From a virus, in the IMG/VR virus record IMGVR_UViG_3300033143_000663, positions 3,891 to 67,890 of that record: a DNA stretch of 64,000 nucleotides; one strand, given 5' to 3'. The position numbers and the translations under genes were made by a program. This document shows, piece after piece, positions 61,058-64,000 of this stretch (position 1 is the first letter of the stretch; each line of letters begins with the position of its first letter). Below the pieces are notes generated by a model. The model was not told the origin of the DNA and searched no databases. It was given only the letters and a program-made list of their open reading frames with translations.

Positions 61058-61775
61058 CTAACAGTTTCTCAATATCGGTATCTCGTTCTACAGACAGCCG
61101 CGGAATGCTATTACGATTACCACTATACCGTCCTTTGTTTGATGTTAAGAAGTATTCAAACTTTGCAACATACCCGGCATTAATTCCTGCATCGTTGTAG
61201 TGTCCAAATGGCCAAGCAATAACAGGTGACAGCTTGCCAAGGTGCTTCTTGTATGTACGCTGGAAGTTTAAAAAATCTTTTTCCATTTCTGATTGCGTTG
61301 AACTTGTAATACCTCCCATTCGGAAGTGATGTAGATTGTTTGTATGGCTACCAAATGCTACTAAGCCTGTATCGTCTAGCATCTTAATGTCATCCCAGGA
61401 CAATGCTTTCTTATTGGTAATGTCAGGAATAACGCTGCCGACCCATGCGCCAATAAGGTTAATGGTTACATGATATTCAAGCTTCTTTAAAATAGGCAAT
61501 GCATAGTTAATAAAAGAATAGTAACCATCATCAAATGTTATTACAATATCTCCGGGTTGTGCATCGTCTATCTCGGTAAGTGGAATCGCTTTGTAGCCCC
61601 GGTCCTTTAACCATAACATCTGTAACCCGAACTTTAATGGCGTAACTGCATACTGGTCGTTTGGGTTGTTATTGATGTCGTGATACATTAATACAGGCAC
61701 TTTGTAATTGTACTCTGCTAATGCATAAGTAGGGAATACAATAAATGCGATTAGTAATAAGTTTTTAAGTTTCAT
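61047..61775 (-). CDS. Polysaccharide deacetylase (CE4/NodB domain) with signal peptide
   Basis: MKLKNLLLIAFIVFPTYALA signal; PVLMYH, ITFDDGY, GSHTNNLH, AWPFG, IPR. Confidence 0.88.
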   Translation of the reverse strand: MKLKNLLLIAFIVFPTYALAEYNYKVPVLMYHDINNNPNDQYAVTPLKFGLQMLWLKDRGYKAIPLTEIDDAQPGDIVITFDDGYYSFINYALPILKKLEYHVTINLIGAWVGSVIPDITNKKALSWDDIKMLDDTGLVAFGSHTNNLHHFRMGGITSSTQSEMEKDFLNFQRTYKKHLGKLSPVIAWPFGHYNDAGINAGYVAKFEYFLTSNKGRYSGNRNSIPRLSVERDTDIEKLLGDN

Positions 61776-62044
61776 GCTTTCCATCCTAATTGAAACATTG
61801 TTAGTTCTCTTGGATCAACGAAGCCTATGTAACTGCCCGCCATATAAAACTCGCCTACAGAATGTTCATCAACCCATTTTAATATCTTGTAACGATTGTT
61901 ATCGTTTGCATGTTCATATCTTACCATATGCAATCTGCTACCATCCGATCCAGCGTTAGTAGGCCACGTGATCCTACGACGCCCAAGCCTCGCTATCGTC
62001 TTGCTAGACAGACTATCTTCATTTAAATTTGTTTTCTGCATCAT
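61772..62044 (-). CDS. Small paralogue-family protein
   Basis: WVDEHSVGEFY...GFVDPRELTMFQLGW. Confidence 0.7.
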   Translation of the reverse strand: MMQKTNLNEDSLSSKTIARLGRRRITWPTNAGSDGSRLHMVRYEHANDNNRYKILKWVDEHSVGEFYMAGSYIGFVDPRELTMFQLGWKA

Positions 62045-62258
62045 TTAATTTATACATCATTGCGTCTTGGGCTTCTAAGAAATATAATACGTTAGCACCT
62101 AAATAGAATTCGCCTGTAGTGTAAAGAACAAGCCAATCTTTTATTTTCTTTTTCTTCATGTAGTCACGCGGCACTTCGAACAGGTGGCCTCTTTGCCTTG
62201 CGACAACCGGGTGTAATAATCTACGCTCTCGGAATCTTTCTAGTAGTTTATCGTCCAT
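62019..62258 (-). CDS. Small paralogue-family protein
   Basis: WLVLYTTGEFY...YFLEAQDAMMYKL. Confidence 0.7.
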   Translation of the reverse strand: MDDKLLERFRERRLLHPVVARQRGHLFEVPRDYMKKKKIKDWLVLYTTGEFYLGANVLYFLEAQDAMMYKLNDAENKFK

Positions 62259-62481
62259 AATTTGTGCTTAACTTAAAAAACATTACATCTTCTTGTCTTT
62301 GAAATCTAAGTGTGTTCCCAGCTATCTGCCATCCACCAACAAGTCCGTCTTTGTGCTTGTTTATCCATTCTCGAATAGTAAACATACCAGTTGGACCTTC
62401 CATTGATACTTTATGCCAGAGATCAGTATTAATTGTGGCTGTGGTACTAGTGGTATAACGGTAGGCGGTTATCTCAGCCAT
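62248..62481 (-). CDS. Small paralogue-family protein
   Basis: WINKH...GGW...RFQRQEDVMFFKL; likely start MAEIT. Confidence 0.65.
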   Translation of the reverse strand: MAEITAYRYTTSTTATINTDLWHKVSMEGPTGMFTIREWINKHKDGLVGGWQIAGNTLRFQRQEDVMFFKLSTNYGR

Positions 62482-62559
62482 TGTGCCATGGTAGCAAGTA
62501 ATGATAATCGCCGTAAGCGGCGATAGCAAAATAAAGAAATATTAAGATGTAAAGTATTT

Positions 62560-62796
62560 TCATTGTGCTTTGCTCAGTACAGCCGCGAGTACGAATCCCA
62601 TTACACAGAACATCATTATTTTAATTGACAACATTTGAATCCAAACTAATCCTTCTCTGTGAAGTAATAAGTCCGGCGTTCCAGCACCTTCCTGGATCCT
62701 TGTTGTAACATATTTGATTAATTGTTTAGCCTTAAGGAATGTCATATATGCAATGAGCCCTGTCAGGATAATCGTAACTATAATAAAATAAATCAT
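62560..62796 (-). CDS. Small membrane protein (2 TM)
   Basis: Hydrophobic N- and C-terminal helices. Confidence 0.65.
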   Translation of the reverse strand: MIYFIIVTIILTGLIAYMTFLKAKQLIKYVTTRIQEGAGTPDLLLHREGLVWIQMLSIKIMMFCVMGFVLAAVLSKAQ

Positions 62797-63038
62797 TGTG
62801 GGTATGCCATTTTATACATGAGTGCGTCCTGTGCATCTTCAAATGCAATATATTTTTTACCAGCTGCAAATCTACCACTGGTAGTTCTGTCTAGATAACG
62901 TAAGAGTTTAATGCGTACACGATTGCCCCTGCGCTTAAAGTATGTCCAGCTTGGCCTAATCTCACGACCATTAACCATACGCAACATCAAGCGAGTCCGC
63001 TCTTTCCGAATCAGCACTTGTTCTTCTGCATAAGTCAT
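62793..63038 (-). CDS. Small paralogue-family protein
   Basis: YLDRTTSGRF...AFEDAQDALMYKMAY. Confidence 0.7.
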   Translation of the reverse strand: MTYAEEQVLIRKERTRLMLRMVNGREIRPSWTYFKRRGNRVRIKLLRYLDRTTSGRFAAGKKYIAFEDAQDALMYKMAYPQ

Positions 63039-63217
63039 TTTGGTTTCTTTGTCATTGCCTGACCGTATTCGGTCTCAGTAAATATTAATAATTCTGTCGA
63101 GGCAGTCATTGTCATCGCACCAAGTGGTTCCCAACCCATTTGCATATATCTATTAACTCGATCCTGCAAATCATATTCGCTGCGAGCAGTTATAACTTTG
63201 TATGTATCCTCAGGCAA
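63035..63217 (-). CDS. DUF1737-like small protein
   Basis: YKVIT......L...VN.....GWEPLG...YGQAM; probable TTG start at 63217. Confidence 0.6.
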   Translation of the reverse strand: MPEDTYKVITARSEYDLQDRVNRYMQMGWEPLGAMTMTASTELLIFTETEYGQAMTKKPK

Positions 63218-63404
63218 ACTGGCCTTCCTCAACTTCTTTGTGTACGACAATGCTGGCTTTCTTTGCTTTGGGGTCTTCGTTGTACATCTTGATGTACTCA
63301 TCAATGGTTTTGTCCACGCCATAAATCTGCTCCACGATTGCAATGAACTCATGTTCTTTGAGTGTGTTGTTAATAATGCCGTTTGTTCTTACAGTAATAT
63401 TCAT
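63210..63404 (-). CDS. Hypothetical protein
   Basis: Coupled small ORF. Confidence 0.55.
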   Translation of the reverse strand: MNITVRTNGIINNTLKEHEFIAIVEQIYGVDKTIDEYIKMYNEDPKAKKASIVVHKEVEEGQFA

Positions 63405-63643
63405 TGTATTTTCCTATCTTTATAAAGAGTGCCTTTCTCATTAATTTCGTAGTACTTTGAGAACCAACCATCATTCCAATCTTCTAATTTAGTAAAATTC
63501 TCTTCCTCTGCTAAATGCAAGCAACAAATCTTATTATCCCAATGATGTGGTATCATTTCTAGTAACTTAGGATCAGCATGTGGACGGGTAAGACCGTCTA
63601 TACATGCCTGTTCGCCTAATTTAAATGCTACTCTTGGCATCAT
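63401..63643 (-). CDS. Hypothetical protein
   Basis: Coupled small ORF. Confidence 0.55.
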   Translation of the reverse strand: MMPRVAFKLGEQACIDGLTRPHADPKLLEMIPHHWDNKICCLHLAEEENFTKLEDWNDGWFSKYYEINEKGTLYKDRKIQ

Positions 63644-63866
63644 TCTTCTTCTTGGCTAAGAATTTCTGATAACGTTCCTTTACTGTAGATCCTACCATTG
63701 GGTGGAATACAGTGCTGGACTCAGGGTGTGCAACTGGTTCACCGTGATAATGTGGGTTAGGCCAGTGAACATCACCAATCATTATCCACGCTTCCTTAAG
63801 ATGGTCCTGACCTAACTCTTCGGCCAAGGAATACATTTTATTCATTAATTCAGCGTATGCTAACAT
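63621..63866 (-). CDS. Hypothetical protein
   Basis: AWI......W.PNPHY.G.P..HPE motif seen in small phage proteins. Confidence 0.6.
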   Translation of the reverse strand: MLAYAELMNKMYSLAEELGQDHLKEAWIMIGDVHWPNPHYHGEPVAHPESSTVFHPMVGSTVKERYQKFLAKKKNDAKSSI

Positions 63867-64000
63867 AATGATTTGTCCTTTCTTGAAGATGTAATTTTAA
63901 CGTTGGATAATTTGTTAGCATATTGAACACCACATAAGTTTCGTTCGGAACAGCGCCAATCGCCATTTTTATCTTGGACAGCTTTAATGTCATAGCTGGG
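63860..64000 (-). CDS. Hypothetical protein, C-terminal part (truncated by the window)
   Basis: Open frame PSYDIKAV...KDKSLC* ending in TAG at 63860. Confidence 0.45.
   Translation of the reverse strand, partial: PSYDIKAVQDKNGDWRCSERNLCGVQYANKLSNVKITSSRKDKSLC

Noticed and set aside
62507-62524. Perfect 7-bp hairpin ATCGCCG-TAAG-CGGCGAT upstream of a small gene
   Set aside because: No U-tract and only a single occurrence; too little evidence to call a terminator or regulator.

Overview
This window is part of a large, AT-rich myovirus (jumbo-phage-like, T4 supergroup). It uses the standard genetic code and is almost fully coding. Left end: a truncated GIY-YIG gene, a tape-measure-like gene, and a divergent gp26-like gene whose end carries a T-TTT-TTC slippery site opening into a start-less -1 frame. 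Next is a ~950-bp gene-free region (3355-4306) with dense RNA-like structure on the minus strand behind a TATAAATA late promoter, back-to-back with an endonuclease VII-like gene. Then come a radical SAM gene, gp46/gp47, three tandem paralogues and the gp55 late sigma factor. A baseplate/tail module (12.4-40.3 kb) includes a 3971-aa protein. A 16.7-kb modification island (40.4-57.1 kb) encodes four glycosyltransferase-like proteins, six N-terminal-twitch radical SAM enzymes (one frameshifted), a carbamoyltransferase, an SGNH-like protein and small ORFs. The right end holds thyA, DHFR and a small-ORF region with an expanded paralogue family and a polysaccharide deacetylase. The best candidates for undescribed biology are the large putative ncRNA with its nuclease neighbour, the modification island, the -1 frameshift and the small-protein family. 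All calls come from motif recognition by eye; no database searches were run.
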